Assembly (NCBI GenBank): GCA_964595565.1
Contig: CAZQQX010000001.1
Span: 8,074 to 72,073 of the forward strand
Reading direction: 5' to 3'
Length of the DNA stretch: 64,000 nucleotides
Origin: an uncultured Actinomycetota bacterium
GTDB lineage: Bacteria; Actinomycetota; Humimicrobiia; Humimicrobiales; Humimicrobiaceae
This document shows, in pieces, positions 48,537 to 58,069 of the stretch. The translations under genes were made by a program, and so were the position numbers. Positions within the stretch are counted from its first letter, which is position 1. Each line of letters starts with the position of its first letter. Under the pieces are notes generated by a model. That model was not told the DNA's origin, did not search any database, and was given only the letters and a program-made list of their open reading frames with translations.

Positions 48537-49370
48537 ATTAAAATTTTCATTGATTCGGGAAAAATTGAAGAAATAAAGAGAGCTAAATCTTATGGATTGC
48601 TGGATGGAGTCACAACTAACCCATCATTAATAAAAAAAGCTGTAGAGGCCGAAAAAACCAGTGGCAATGCTGTTAATATGGAAAATTATATTAAAGAAAT
48701 GCTGACAGTTGCACGTGGACTTCCGGTAAGTCTTGAGGTAATAAGTACAGGTTTTAAAGAAATGGTTGAGGAAGGTAAGAAAATTTATAAAATCTTTAAC
48801 CCTGTGGGTGGGAATGTATACGTAAAAATTCCTGTAAGTCCTTCTTTTGAAGAAGGCAGTGAAAACAGTTTTGATGGGATAAAGGCAATAAAAGAATTAT
48901 CAGAGTCCGGAATTCCTGTAAATTGCACCCTTGTTTTTACTCCCGAGCAGGCAATGTTAGCTGCAAAAGCAGGTGCTAAATTTGTAAGCCCATTTGCTGG
49001 CAGAGTTGATGATTTTATCAGGTCCCGGAATAATATTCAATTCACAAAGTCAGATTATTTCTTTTATTACGGCATGGAAAAAAATGAAAGACTTCTGGAA
49101 GATAATGGTATTGTTTCAGGTATTGATCTTGTTGAACAGATAGTAACAGTTTTTAGAAATTATGACATAAAAGATACAAAAGTCCTGGCAGCAAGTATCC
49201 GGAACCCGAGACAGCTTAGGGAAGCTGCGCTTGTTGGAGCAGATATAGCCACTATTCCCATGGATGTAATGGAAAAAACAGTTACACATTATAAAACCAT
49301 GGAAGGAATGAAAAAATTTGTTGAGGACGTAATTACAGAATATTCAGGACTGTTAAAAAATAGCCTGTGA
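48537..49370 (+). CDS. tal: Transaldolase (small TalC/FSA-like subfamily), probable ATT start
   Basis: IKIFIDSG...GLLDGVTTNPSLI, Schiff-base VYVKIP, TAL-type SLEV and SPFAGR, LAASIR. The conserved N-terminal strand lies upstream of the ORF-track start (48597). AGGAGG lies 9 nt before the ATT at 48537, and there is an in-frame TAA at 48513. Confidence 0.85.
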   Translation: MKIFIDSGKIEEIKRAKSYGLLDGVTTNPSLIKKAVEAEKTSGNAVNMENYIKEMLTVARGLPVSLEVISTGFKEMVEEGKKIYKIFNPVGGNVYVKIPVSPSFEEGSENSFDGIKAIKELSESGIPVNCTLVFTPEQAMLAAKAGAKFVSPFAGRVDDFIRSRNNIQFTKSDYFFYYGMEKNERLLEDNGIVSGIDLVEQIVTVFRNYDIKDTKVLAASIRNPRQLREAALVGADIATIPMDVMEKTVTHYKTMEGMKKFVEDVITEYSGLLKNSL

Positions 49371-49522
49371 GCCGCAGTAAAATATTTATAAAAATATTGC
49401 AATAATTGTTAAAGTTATGGTAGCATAATATATTAATATTTTTATAATAATAATAAGCAATAATTAAAATAATATTATAAGCATAAAATTATGTAATAAT
49501 ATAGTAAGTAAATTATATAGTA

Positions 49523-52117
49523 ATGAGTTTAGATTATTCTTTATACATAATATTGCTAGCTGCGGGAATTATAGTATCAGTTTTATTTTCTGTTTTACTG
49601 ATAAGAAATAGGAATATAGATACCTTAAGTTACGAATTACTGGTAATTACTGGTTGCATATTATGGATTATTGCAGAAATTCATATTGTTTTAAATCCTT
49701 CATTTTATCCGAAATCTATATGGAATATACTAAAATATTCTACTGTAACTATTATCCCTGTATCTTATTTATTGACCATAATAAATAAGACAAATTACAG
49801 GAGCTGGATTACACTTAAAAGAACTATAATATTATTTACAATACCTGTTTTAACTATTTTTTTTATAGCGACCAATAACTTTCACTATTTATTCTGGAGA
49901 AATTTAGCATTGCAGGAAACCAGCAGAGTTAACTTACTGGTATGTGAGGCCGGTATTTTATTCCCAGTGTGGGTAATTTTTTTGTATATAATTATGTTTT
50001 TGACTTACTTTTTTATACTCCGGATAATGATAAAAAAAATGGGCTTTCTGAACCTGAACACATTGAGGGTAGCACTCGTACTGTTAATCCCGTTTGCTAC
50101 CCATTTACTTTATATTATGAGAGTAAAGCCTTTTGATGTTTTTGATATAACATCAGTGGCACTAACCGCAAGTATATTATTAATAATATTTAGATTTACA
50201 AGGTGGGGGATATTTGATTTTTTACCAATTGCTAAGGATATAATAATAGATGACATAAAAGATAACATTGTTGTTATTGATAATAAAAATTGTATTTTAT
50301 ACCTCAATAAATCAGCAATAGACCTGTTTAAATTAAAGAATAAAAATAACAGAGGAAAAAATATAAATAGAATGCTTCCTGCTTATTCTAAATATTTTGA
50401 TAATATTGATTATTCTGATTCCAGAATAAATAAAAATATAATTATTTTTAAAAATAAAATTAAGCGGTATTTTAAAATGACCGTTTATAATATTAACTGC
50501 AGCATTTCAAAAACGCCGTGCAGGATAATCATACTTTATGATATTACAGAACAGAAAAGAATCAATAAATCATTAAACCACAGAATAAAGTTTGAAAACC
50601 TTATAACGAAATTATCAACAAATTTTATAAAAATTCTATCATCTGAAATTGATAATGAAATCAGAAACACTCTTAAAAAAGTAGGGGAATTTACGGGGGC
50701 CGACAGAAGTTATATCTATATTTTTAATGACAGAAAAAGCAGGGCTTTTAGAACTTATGAATGGTGCGGCAAAAATACCGTGCCAAAACCCGGTGTGATA
50801 GAAATAAAAATATTTAAAAAATACTCATTATGGTGGATGGAAAAAATAAATAATTTTGACAGTGTAAACATACAGGATACTTCAGAAGTTAAGCTTAAAA
50901 TAAAAGAAGAAAAAGAGATAATAAAACCTTCCGGGGTTAAATCGATATTAATTCTTCCTCTTATTCACAACAGTAATATTAAAGGATTTCTTGGATTTGA
51001 ATCAATAAAAAATATAAAAAGGTGGACGAACAATGATATAACTCTTCTGAAACTGCTGGCAGAAATTCTGGCAAGTGTTCTGGAACACGAAAAAACAGAA
51101 GAAGAAATTAAAATATTATCCCTGAGGGATAAGTTGACCGGTCTGTACAGTAGGAGTTATTTTGAGGAAGAGCTGAAAAGGCTCGATACAAAAAGGCAGC
51201 TCCCTTTAAGTTTTATAATAGGAGATGTTAATGGGTTAAAACTCATAAATGATGCATTCGGTCCAAAGGAAGGTGACAGGCTATTGATAAAAATGGCCGG
51301 TACAATAAAGAAATGCTGCAGAAAAGAAGATATAATATCCAGGTGGGGAGGTGATGAGTTTTCAATTTTACTTCCCAAAACCAGTGATAAGGATTCCGAG
51401 GAAATATTAAATAGAATAAGAAAGACATGCGCTGGAACAAAAAATAAAAAAGTACCGGTGAGTATCTCCCTCGGAACGGCTACCAAAAAAACTTATAAAA
51501 CCAGTATAGTGCCTGTAATAAAAGAAGCAGAAGATAGCATGTACCGGAGAAAACTGCTTGAAAGAAATAGTATTTCAAGTTCAATAATTTCATCACTTGA
51601 AAGAACCCTCCGGGAAAAAAGTTATGAAACTGAAGAGCATGCCTTAAGAATGAAAGACCTGGCAATAAGATTGGGCCGTTCAATTAATCTAAAGGAAAAT
51701 AAATTGACTGAGCTATCTTTACTCTCAACTCTACATGATATTGGAAAAATTGCTATAACTGACGAAATTTTATTAAAAAAAGGAAAACTAAATGATGAAG
51801 AGTGGAAAATAATAAAAAAACACCCTGAAATAGGGTATAATATCTGTAAATCTTCACCACAGCTTATTTCTGTGGCAGAAGCGGTATTGTGCCATCATGA
51901 ATGGTGGAACGGAACAGGTTATCCCAAAGGGTTAAAAGAGAAAGAAATTCCTCTTAATTCAAGAATAATTTCAATAGTGGACGCTTATGATGTAATGACA
52001 CACGACAGGTCATATAAAAAAGCCATAAGCAGAGATGACGCTATAGCAGAATTGAAAAGATGTGTCGGGACTCAGTTTGACCCTGAACTGGTAGAAATGT
52101 TTATAAATGTTTTATAA
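49523..52117 (+). CDS. Membrane-bound c-di-GMP enzyme: HisKA_7TM-like + PAS + GAF + GGDEF + HD-GYP
   Basis: About seven N-terminal TM helices; IVVID...YLNKSA (PAS); GADRSYIY...YEWC...GFLGF (GAF); DKLTGL, DVNGLKLIND, RWGGDEF; LHDIGK, HHEWWNGTGYP and IVDAYDVM. Confidence 0.88.
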   Translation: MSLDYSLYIILLAAGIIVSVLFSVLLIRNRNIDTLSYELLVITGCILWIIAEIHIVLNPSFYPKSIWNILKYSTVTIIPVSYLLTIINKTNYRSWITLKRTIILFTIPVLTIFFIATNNFHYLFWRNLALQETSRVNLLVCEAGILFPVWVIFLYIIMFLTYFFILRIMIKKMGFLNLNTLRVALVLLIPFATHLLYIMRVKPFDVFDITSVALTASILLIIFRFTRWGIFDFLPIAKDIIIDDIKDNIVVIDNKNCILYLNKSAIDLFKLKNKNNRGKNINRMLPAYSKYFDNIDYSDSRINKNIIIFKNKIKRYFKMTVYNINCSISKTPCRIIILYDITEQKRINKSLNHRIKFENLITKLSTNFIKILSSEIDNEIRNTLKKVGEFTGADRSYIYIFNDRKSRAFRTYEWCGKNTVPKPGVIEIKIFKKYSLWWMEKINNFDSVNIQDTSEVKLKIKEEKEIIKPSGVKSILILPLIHNSNIKGFLGFESIKNIKRWTNNDITLLKLLAEILASVLEHEKTEEEIKILSLRDKLTGLYSRSYFEEELKRLDTKRQLPLSFIIGDVNGLKLINDAFGPKEGDRLLIKMAGTIKKCCRKEDIISRWGGDEFSILLPKTSDKDSEEILNRIRKTCAGTKNKKVPVSISLGTATKKTYKTSIVPVIKEAEDSMYRRKLLERNSISSSIISSLERTLREKSYETEEHALRMKDLAIRLGRSINLKENKLTELSLLSTLHDIGKIAITDEILLKKGKLNDEEWKIIKKHPEIGYNICKSSPQLISVAEAVLCHHEWWNGTGYPKGLKEKEIPLNSRIISIVDAYDVMTHDRSYKKAISRDDAIAELKRCVGTQFDPELVEMFINVL

Positions 52118-52159
52118 TAATTATTATCAAATATAAACATTTAAATAAAAAAAATTTAT

Positions 52160-52897
52160 ATGAATAATATACTCCTGGATGTTTCTTACATAATATCAAT
52201 TATAATAGAAGTAGTATTACCTTTTGTTCTTGGCTTTTTTATCTGGAAGAAATACAGGGTTTCATGGTCAATATTTTTTCTGGGAATGGTATTCTTTTTA
52301 ATATCTCTTACAAGATTGCCTCTAAACAATTATATTAATTCATTAATCCTGGATAATTTTGTAGGAGACACGGCTGTAATGCTTGCAGGTCTATTTATGT
52401 CATTAACCGCAGGTTTATTTGAAGAAGGGGTAAGAATAATAGTATTTGGTTTGATTATAAAACAAAAAAATTACCAGAAAGGAATCATGTACGGAATTGG
52501 TCATGGTGGGGGTGAATCAGCAATCCTGGTCGGTATGTCACTTCTGGCGAGCTTTTTAGCCTATAAATTTTTTCCTGGTTCCCTGCCCGGTTCTACACTG
52601 GCACAACTTACAAATATTGACTGGTATATGCCTTTAATTGGAGCTCTGGAAAGAATCTTTGCTATTTTTATCCAGATTTCATTATCAGTCCTGGTTATAA
52701 ACGCTTTTATAAGAAGAAAAAAATACTTTATATTGATAGCAATATCATATCATGTACTGGTGGATTTTGTTTCTGTTTACACCAATTATATATACGGGGT
52801 TATAACGGCTGAAATATTGATACTTATTTTTGCAGTTATAAGTATAATAATAATTTATGTTCTAAAACCAAAAAAAGAAAAACAGACAACAGGCTAA
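52160..52897 (+). CDS. YhfC family intramembrane glutamic-type protease
   Basis: AGLFEEGVR, GIGHGGGE, ERIFA and a C-terminal His; multi-TM. Confidence 0.82.
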   Translation: MNNILLDVSYIISIIIEVVLPFVLGFFIWKKYRVSWSIFFLGMVFFLISLTRLPLNNYINSLILDNFVGDTAVMLAGLFMSLTAGLFEEGVRIIVFGLIIKQKNYQKGIMYGIGHGGGESAILVGMSLLASFLAYKFFPGSLPGSTLAQLTNIDWYMPLIGALERIFAIFIQISLSVLVINAFIRRKKYFILIAISYHVLVDFVSVYTNYIYGVITAEILILIFAVISIIIIYVLKPKKEKQTTG

Positions 52898-52936
52898 TAA
52901 CAGCTCATTAATTATCAGGTATTTCATTAAACAGGT

Positions 52937-53000
52937 AAATAAAAACCCCGAGTTATCTTTCATCATAGCAAGCGCCTTAGACTACTTAACATCTCGGGGT
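52937..53000 (-). terminator. Terminator-like 3' hairpin of the ncRNA
   Basis: 8-bp GC-rich stem (52945-52952 / 52993-53000), extended by G-U pairs and followed by a U-tract on the minus strand only. Confidence 0.6.
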
Positions 53001-53106
53001 CATCCTCAGAACTTTTCTCAGGGACTTTTCAAATTATTAACCTGTAATTAAATTCTTTCAAATTTAATCTCAAGTTATTTCTGAAAGTTGCCTCCTGTTC
53101 TGAGAT
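52937..53106 (-). ncRNA. Unassigned structured small RNA (~170 nt)
   Basis: It has its own promoter. It folds as a long rod (CUCAGAAC/GUUCUGAG, CAGG/CCUG, ACUUUCAGA/UUUGAAAAGU, UAACUUG/CAGGUUA, GAUUAAAUUU-GAAA-GAAUUUAAUU), followed by ACCCCGAG...CUCGGGGU-UUUUUAUUU. There is no credible ORF. Confidence 0.65.
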
Positions 53107-53112
53107 ATAAAA

Positions 53113-53141
53113 AAGATACCAAAATAAAAAAATGTTGTCAA
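53113..53141 (-). promoter_or_regulatory. sigmaA-type promoter of the minus-strand ncRNA
   Basis: On the minus strand: TTGACA (53141-53136)-N17-TATCTT (53118-53113), with an extended -10 TG. Confidence 0.7.
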
Positions 53142-53374
53142 TAGATTGGATATAAAATTTTATAAAATTTTGAAAAAATATTTTATTTTATAAATATATT
53201 TAATTTTTATGCTTAATAAATTTGAAATCTATAGTAAAATAATAAAAATAACTAAAAATAAAATTTTAATTTTTAAGTTATTATTCACAAATTGTATTAA
53301 TTTTAATATATTATTGGGATATTTTTAAATAATTTATGTAAACATCAGTATTATAATTTTAATAACGTTTAAAA

Positions 53375-54496
53375 ATGAAAAATATTAAAAAAATAGCAGT
53401 AATAGGACTCGGCCTCATAGGTGGCTCACTGGCCTTATCTTTAAAAAGCGTCAATAAAGATTTTGTTATAAGCGGTTATGACATTAAAGGGGAGTCAATG
53501 AATATAGCCAGATATAGAAATATAATTGATATTATCGCCGGAAGCTATAAAGAAGCAGTCAATAATGCAGAACTTATAATAATAGCAACACCTATCAGTA
53601 ATATAGTTGAAGTGATGAATAATATAAAAAATTATTTGAAAAAGGGAGCAATTGTTACTGATGTCGGGAGCGCAAAAGAAAAGATAGTAAGTAAAGCCAG
53701 TGAGATATTGCCGGAAGACGTGGTTTTTATAGGTGGTCATCCAATGGCCGGTTCGGAAAATGAAGGCATTCTGAGTGCCACCGGGGATTTATTTAAAAAT
53801 GTATTTTATATCCTTACTCCTACGGATACTACCATATCAGAGGCTCTGGTTACATTGCATTCAATCCTTACTAAAATCGGTGCAAAAGTAATCTCTATAG
53901 ACCCGAAAGAGCACGATGAAAATGTTGCTTTGATCAGCCACCTCCCACATGTCCTTTCAACAAACCTGGTTAATATGATAGATGATAAACAGGAAAACAT
54001 GAAAAATCTGTTTAAATTATGTGCCGGTGGTTTTAGAGATATGACAAGAATCGCAGCGGCAAATATAAAGATGTGGCTCGATATAAGCCTGGAAAATAAA
54101 GACAAACTTATAAAATCTATAGAAGACTATACAGAATATTTAAAGGAATTCAGAGATTACCTTAAGAATAATGATTCAGAATCAATAAAAAATCATTATC
54201 TTAAAGCTCAAAAAGCGAGGATCAACCTGCCAAAATATATAGAAAAAGACATATCAAATCTCTATGAGCTAAGAGTGTCCATAGCTGACAAAGCGGGAGT
54301 TTTAAGTGAAATAACAAGAGCTATAAGTTCACACGGTATTAATATCGAGGATATTTCCATTTTTCATTCAACAGAATTTAGCAGCGGTGGAATACTTAAA
54401 ATTCTGGTTCAGGGTGAAGATGCGGGGCAGATATCTAAAGATGCAATAGAAAAAGAAGGTTATGAAGTTAGTGTAAAAAAGGTTCTTGGCGAGTAA
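53375..54496 (+). CDS. tyrA: Prephenate dehydrogenase with C-terminal ACT domain
   Basis: GLGLIGGSLA, TDVGSAK, GGHPMAGSE, EHD..VALISHLPH, GGFRDMTRIA and ACT (DKAGVL..I...GINIEDI). Confidence 0.93.
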   Translation: MKNIKKIAVIGLGLIGGSLALSLKSVNKDFVISGYDIKGESMNIARYRNIIDIIAGSYKEAVNNAELIIIATPISNIVEVMNNIKNYLKKGAIVTDVGSAKEKIVSKASEILPEDVVFIGGHPMAGSENEGILSATGDLFKNVFYILTPTDTTISEALVTLHSILTKIGAKVISIDPKEHDENVALISHLPHVLSTNLVNMIDDKQENMKNLFKLCAGGFRDMTRIAAANIKMWLDISLENKDKLIKSIEDYTEYLKEFRDYLKNNDSESIKNHYLKAQKARINLPKYIEKDISNLYELRVSIADKAGVLSEITRAISSHGINIEDISIFHSTEFSSGGILKILVQGEDAGQISKDAIEKEGYEVSVKKVLGE

Positions 54497-54498
54497 AA

Positions 54499-55785
54499 AT
54501 GGAAATACGCAGAGCGAACAGCCTTAAAGGTGAAATAAAAATTCCCGGAGATAAATCGATTTCTCACAGAAGCATAATTATATCTTCTATGATAAATGAT
54601 ACGGTTGTAATTGAAAATTTTCTTTTCTGTGATGACTGCATAAGAACCCTGGATATTTTAAAAATAATAGGTGTAAGAATCGAAAAAATAAATGGCAATT
54701 TAATAGTTTATGGAAAAGGGATTAAAAGCTTCAGGGAGCCTGACCGGATACTGGATGTCGGGAACTCGGGAACAACCATAAGATTGATGAGCGGTGTTTT
54801 ATCAGCAACTAATTTTATGTCCATATTAAACGGAGATAAATCAATAAATAACAGGCCCATGGATAGAATAATAGAGCCACTTTCCGAAATGCGCGCAAAA
54901 ATTTATGGGAGAGAGAACAATTCTAAGGCTCCTCTGGTAATATTCGGGAGCACTCATTTAGAAGGAAAAAGATTTGAACTCCAGGTTCCAAGCGCCCAGG
55001 TTAAATCATGTATATTGCTTGCTGCTCTTAATGCAGAAGGCGCTACAGAAATAATCTCGCCCCATATATCAAGGGACCATACAGAAAAGATGCTCGATTA
55101 TCTGGGTGCAAATATAAATTACAATAGCAATTATGTAAAATTAATACCTGGCAATAAGCTAAGTGGAAGGAGAATATATATACCCGGGGACATTTCTTCA
55201 GCTGCTTATTTTATAGTTGCCACAATGATATTAAAAAATTCGCATACATTAATAAGGGATGTGGGTATAAACCCCACAAGAAGCTGTATACTAGAAGTGC
55301 TCGGAAGGATGGGCGGTAAAGTAATAATGACCAATAAAAGAATATTAAATAATGAACCTGTGGCAGATATTGAAACTTTTTCCAGTAAATTAAAATCAAT
55401 AAAAATAGAAAAAGGAAAAATACCGCTCCTGATTGACGAAATACCGATATTATGTGTCGCTGCGGCTTTTGCTGACGGGAAAACAGTTATAAGGGGAGCA
55501 CAGGAGTTAAGATATAAAGAGAGTGACAGGATAAAATCTATAGTATCCCAGTTTAACAGGTTAGGGGTCAACATAAGGGAAGAAAAAGATGGGATGATAA
55601 TAGATGGAAACAATGATTTTCAGGCAGGTGAGGGGACTGTTAATAGCTATGGTGACCATAGAATTGCCATGTCTCTTTCAATACTAGGTTTACGCTCAAA
55701 AGGTAGTGTGTCTATACTTGGTTCAGATTGCATAAATACATCTTTCCCCGGTTTCAAGTATAATATAAAAAAAATAATTAGTTAA
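54499..55785 (+). CDS. aroA: 3-phosphoshikimate 1-carboxyvinyltransferase (EPSP synthase)
   Basis: PGDKSISHR, GNSGTTIRL, SAQVKS, SRDHTE, PGDISSAAY, LRYKESDRI and GDHRIAM motifs. Confidence 0.97.
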   Translation: MEIRRANSLKGEIKIPGDKSISHRSIIISSMINDTVVIENFLFCDDCIRTLDILKIIGVRIEKINGNLIVYGKGIKSFREPDRILDVGNSGTTIRLMSGVLSATNFMSILNGDKSINNRPMDRIIEPLSEMRAKIYGRENNSKAPLVIFGSTHLEGKRFELQVPSAQVKSCILLAALNAEGATEIISPHISRDHTEKMLDYLGANINYNSNYVKLIPGNKLSGRRIYIPGDISSAAYFIVATMILKNSHTLIRDVGINPTRSCILEVLGRMGGKVIMTNKRILNNEPVADIETFSSKLKSIKIEKGKIPLLIDEIPILCVAAAFADGKTVIRGAQELRYKESDRIKSIVSQFNRLGVNIREEKDGMIIDGNNDFQAGEGTVNSYGDHRIAMSLSILGLRSKGSVSILGSDCINTSFPGFKYNIKKIIS

Positions 55786-55829
55786 AATCTTCAATTATTA
55801 AAAAATTTTAGTTTAAATGATAATTACTG

Positions 55830-56528
55830 ATGTGTAAAAATGTTATCACAATTGATGGCCCGGCCGGATGCGGGAAGAGTACGGTTTCCAAGATTTTAGC
55901 ACGGGAGTTAAAATTTAAATATATTGATACAGGTGCGATGTATAGAGCCATAACTCTTATTGCTATTAAGAATAAAGTGGATTACAACGATGAAAAATCT
56001 ATCCTTGAACTTGCAAAAAGCTTAAATCTTGAAATAGACAGTAATCCATCTGATGAGTATAAATATACAGTGGTAAGGATAAACGGAAAGGATTTTACAG
56101 GTGAAATCAGAAGCAGGGAAGTAGGCGAGAATGTTTCAATCGTATCAAAACTTTCAGGAGTAAGAAAATATCTTGTAAGCCTGCAGAGGAAATTTATAAA
56201 GGGAGGCAGAGCTGTACTTGAAGGAAGAGACACCGGGAGTGTTGTCTGCCCGGATGCAATATTAAAAATATTCCTCACAGCCAGTCTTGAAGAGAGGATA
56301 AAAAGAAGGGACCTTCAGATAAAAAAGGGCGGGCAGAAAATAAAAAAGAATACGATAAAGAAAGAAATTACAGCAAGGGATAAAATTGACAGCAGCAGAA
56401 AGGACAGCCCGCTTGTAATGCCGAAAAATGGAATTCTTATTGATACTACAAATTTATCAATAAGGGAGGTTGTAGATAAAATCAAGGAATTGTATTATGA
56501 GAGGTCAAAAGTTAAAATTAAGCCATAA
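55830..56528 (+). CDS. cmk: Cytidylate kinase
   Basis: IDGPAGCGKST, DTGAMYRA, EGRDTG, RDKIDSSR and IDTT motifs. Confidence 0.96.
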   Translation: MCKNVITIDGPAGCGKSTVSKILARELKFKYIDTGAMYRAITLIAIKNKVDYNDEKSILELAKSLNLEIDSNPSDEYKYTVVRINGKDFTGEIRSREVGENVSIVSKLSGVRKYLVSLQRKFIKGGRAVLEGRDTGSVVCPDAILKIFLTASLEERIKRRDLQIKKGGQKIKKNTIKKEITARDKIDSSRKDSPLVMPKNGILIDTTNLSIREVVDKIKELYYERSKVKIKP

Positions 56529-57156
56529 TAAATTTTATTTATTTTTTTATGACATATTAAGATTTACCATAAGGGTAATATTTAAAATACTCTACAGAGT
56601 TGAAGCAATAGACATAAACAAAGCGCCGAAAAAGGGAAGAATTATAATATGCTCAAATCATATTAGTTATGTCGACCCGCTGATAATCGGTGGTTTTATA
56701 CCAAGATGTATATATTTTATGGCAAAAAATGAATTATACGGCAACAGGCTTATATCTTCTCTTGTGACTTACCTGAATGCTTTTCCTGTAAAACGCAATA
56801 CCTTTGACAGAAATGCATTCAAAACTTCTTTAGAGATTTTAAAAAACGATAATGCCCTGGGTTTGTTCCCTGAGGGTACCAGGTCAACAGACGGCATTTT
56901 AAGAAAGGGCAAAAAAGGAATAGGCTTTATTTCCGTAAACAGCAGGACTTCCATTTTGCCTGTAGCTCTGAGTGGAACAAATATGATAATTCAAAAACCA
57001 CATAAAAGATTATTTTTTCCTAAAATAAAAATAATTGTTGGAGATTTAATAAATATAGACGAAATACTAAAAAATTACAGCAAGAAAGAAGCTATGCATG
57101 TTGTTGTAAATAAATTAATGGAGGAAATAGGAAGAATTTACAGCAAAATAAAATAA
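56497..57156 (+). CDS. plsC: 1-acyl-sn-glycerol-3-phosphate acyltransferase
   Basis: NHISYVD (HxxxxD), FMAK and FPEGTRS motifs. Confidence 0.92.
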   Translation: MRGQKLKLSHNKFYLFFYDILRFTIRVIFKILYRVEAIDINKAPKKGRIIICSNHISYVDPLIIGGFIPRCIYFMAKNELYGNRLISSLVTYLNAFPVKRNTFDRNAFKTSLEILKNDNALGLFPEGTRSTDGILRKGKKGIGFISVNSRTSILPVALSGTNMIIQKPHKRLFFPKIKIIVGDLINIDEILKNYSKKEAMHVVVNKLMEEIGRIYSKIK

Positions 57157-57190
57157 AAAATTATTATTACTAAAAAAGTTACAGGTAAAT

Positions 57191-58069
57191 ATGGAAATAA
57201 AAATTGCAGAGTATTCGGGTTATTGTTTTGGGGTGAAGAGAGCTCTAAAATTAACCATGGAAGCAATTGAAAAAAACGGTAATAAAAATAAAAAAATTTT
57301 TACTATTGGCTCAATCATACATAACCCAGGAGTAAAAGAAGAACTGTCAAAGAAAGGCCTTATATCGGTCAATAAAGTTGAAGAAATAGGTAATAAAAGC
57401 ATTTTTATTATAAGGTCCCATGGAATGGCTCCTTATTTAATAAATAAAATAAGAAAAGAGAAGGAAGCAGAAATTGTTGATACCACATGTCCCTTTGTAA
57501 AAAAAGTACAATCAAAGGCCGGGCTGCTTTCAAAGAATGGTTATTTTGTAGTTATTATTGGTAATAAAGACCACCCGGAAGTTCTGGGAATAAAAGGTTG
57601 TATACTAAATAAAAAATATGCTGTAATAGAAAGTGAGGAAGATGCTGAAAAATTGAGGTGCAGAAAAAAAATTGGAGTGGTTATTCAAACAACCCAAACA
57701 AAGGAAAAACTTTTTGTTATCGTCAATAAATTACTTGATAAAACAGGAGAGTTGTTAATAAACAATACCATCTGTGACACAACAGGAAAGATGCAGCTAT
57801 CTACAAGAAAACTTGCTGGAGAAGTTGATATAATGATTATAGTAGGCGGGAGGCAGAGTGCCAATACCAGGCACCTAAAGGAAATATCAGAAAAAATTAA
57901 TGAATCCACCTATCATATTGAAAACTACAGGGAGGTTAAACCGGAATGGTTCATTAATAAAAAAAGAGCCGGTATAAGTGGTGGTGCGTCCACACCAATA
58001 AAAGATATAATTGATGTAAAAAAAGCTATTGAAGAGTTACAATATATCCAAAAAAATAAAAACCTGTAA
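57191..58069 (+). CDS. ispH: 4-hydroxy-3-methylbut-2-enyl diphosphate reductase
   Basis: GYCFGVKRA, IIHN, RSHG, DTTCPFV, HPEV, QTT, TICDTT, SANT and GASTP motifs. Confidence 0.95.
   Translation: MEIKIAEYSGYCFGVKRALKLTMEAIEKNGNKNKKIFTIGSIIHNPGVKEELSKKGLISVNKVEEIGNKSIFIIRSHGMAPYLINKIRKEKEAEIVDTTCPFVKKVQSKAGLLSKNGYFVVIIGNKDHPEVLGIKGCILNKKYAVIESEEDAEKLRCRKKIGVVIQTTQTKEKLFVIVNKLLDKTGELLINNTICDTTGKMQLSTRKLAGEVDIMIIVGGRQSANTRHLKEISEKINESTYHIENYREVKPEWFINKKRAGISGGASTPIKDIIDVKKAIEELQYIQKNKNL

Noticed and set aside
48529-48576. ATG right after the transaldolase SD as the true start or a leader peptide
   Set aside because: It is out of frame with tal, only 1 nt from the SD, and stops after 15 codons. 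No frameshift signal is needed because ATT at 48537 explains the protein.
53029-53073. Small ORF (TTG...MRLNLKEFNYRLII) inside the minus-strand RNA as a type I toxin or leader peptide
   Set aside because: The start is 17 nt from the AGGAGG, and the peptide is neither hydrophobic nor enriched in a regulatory amino acid.
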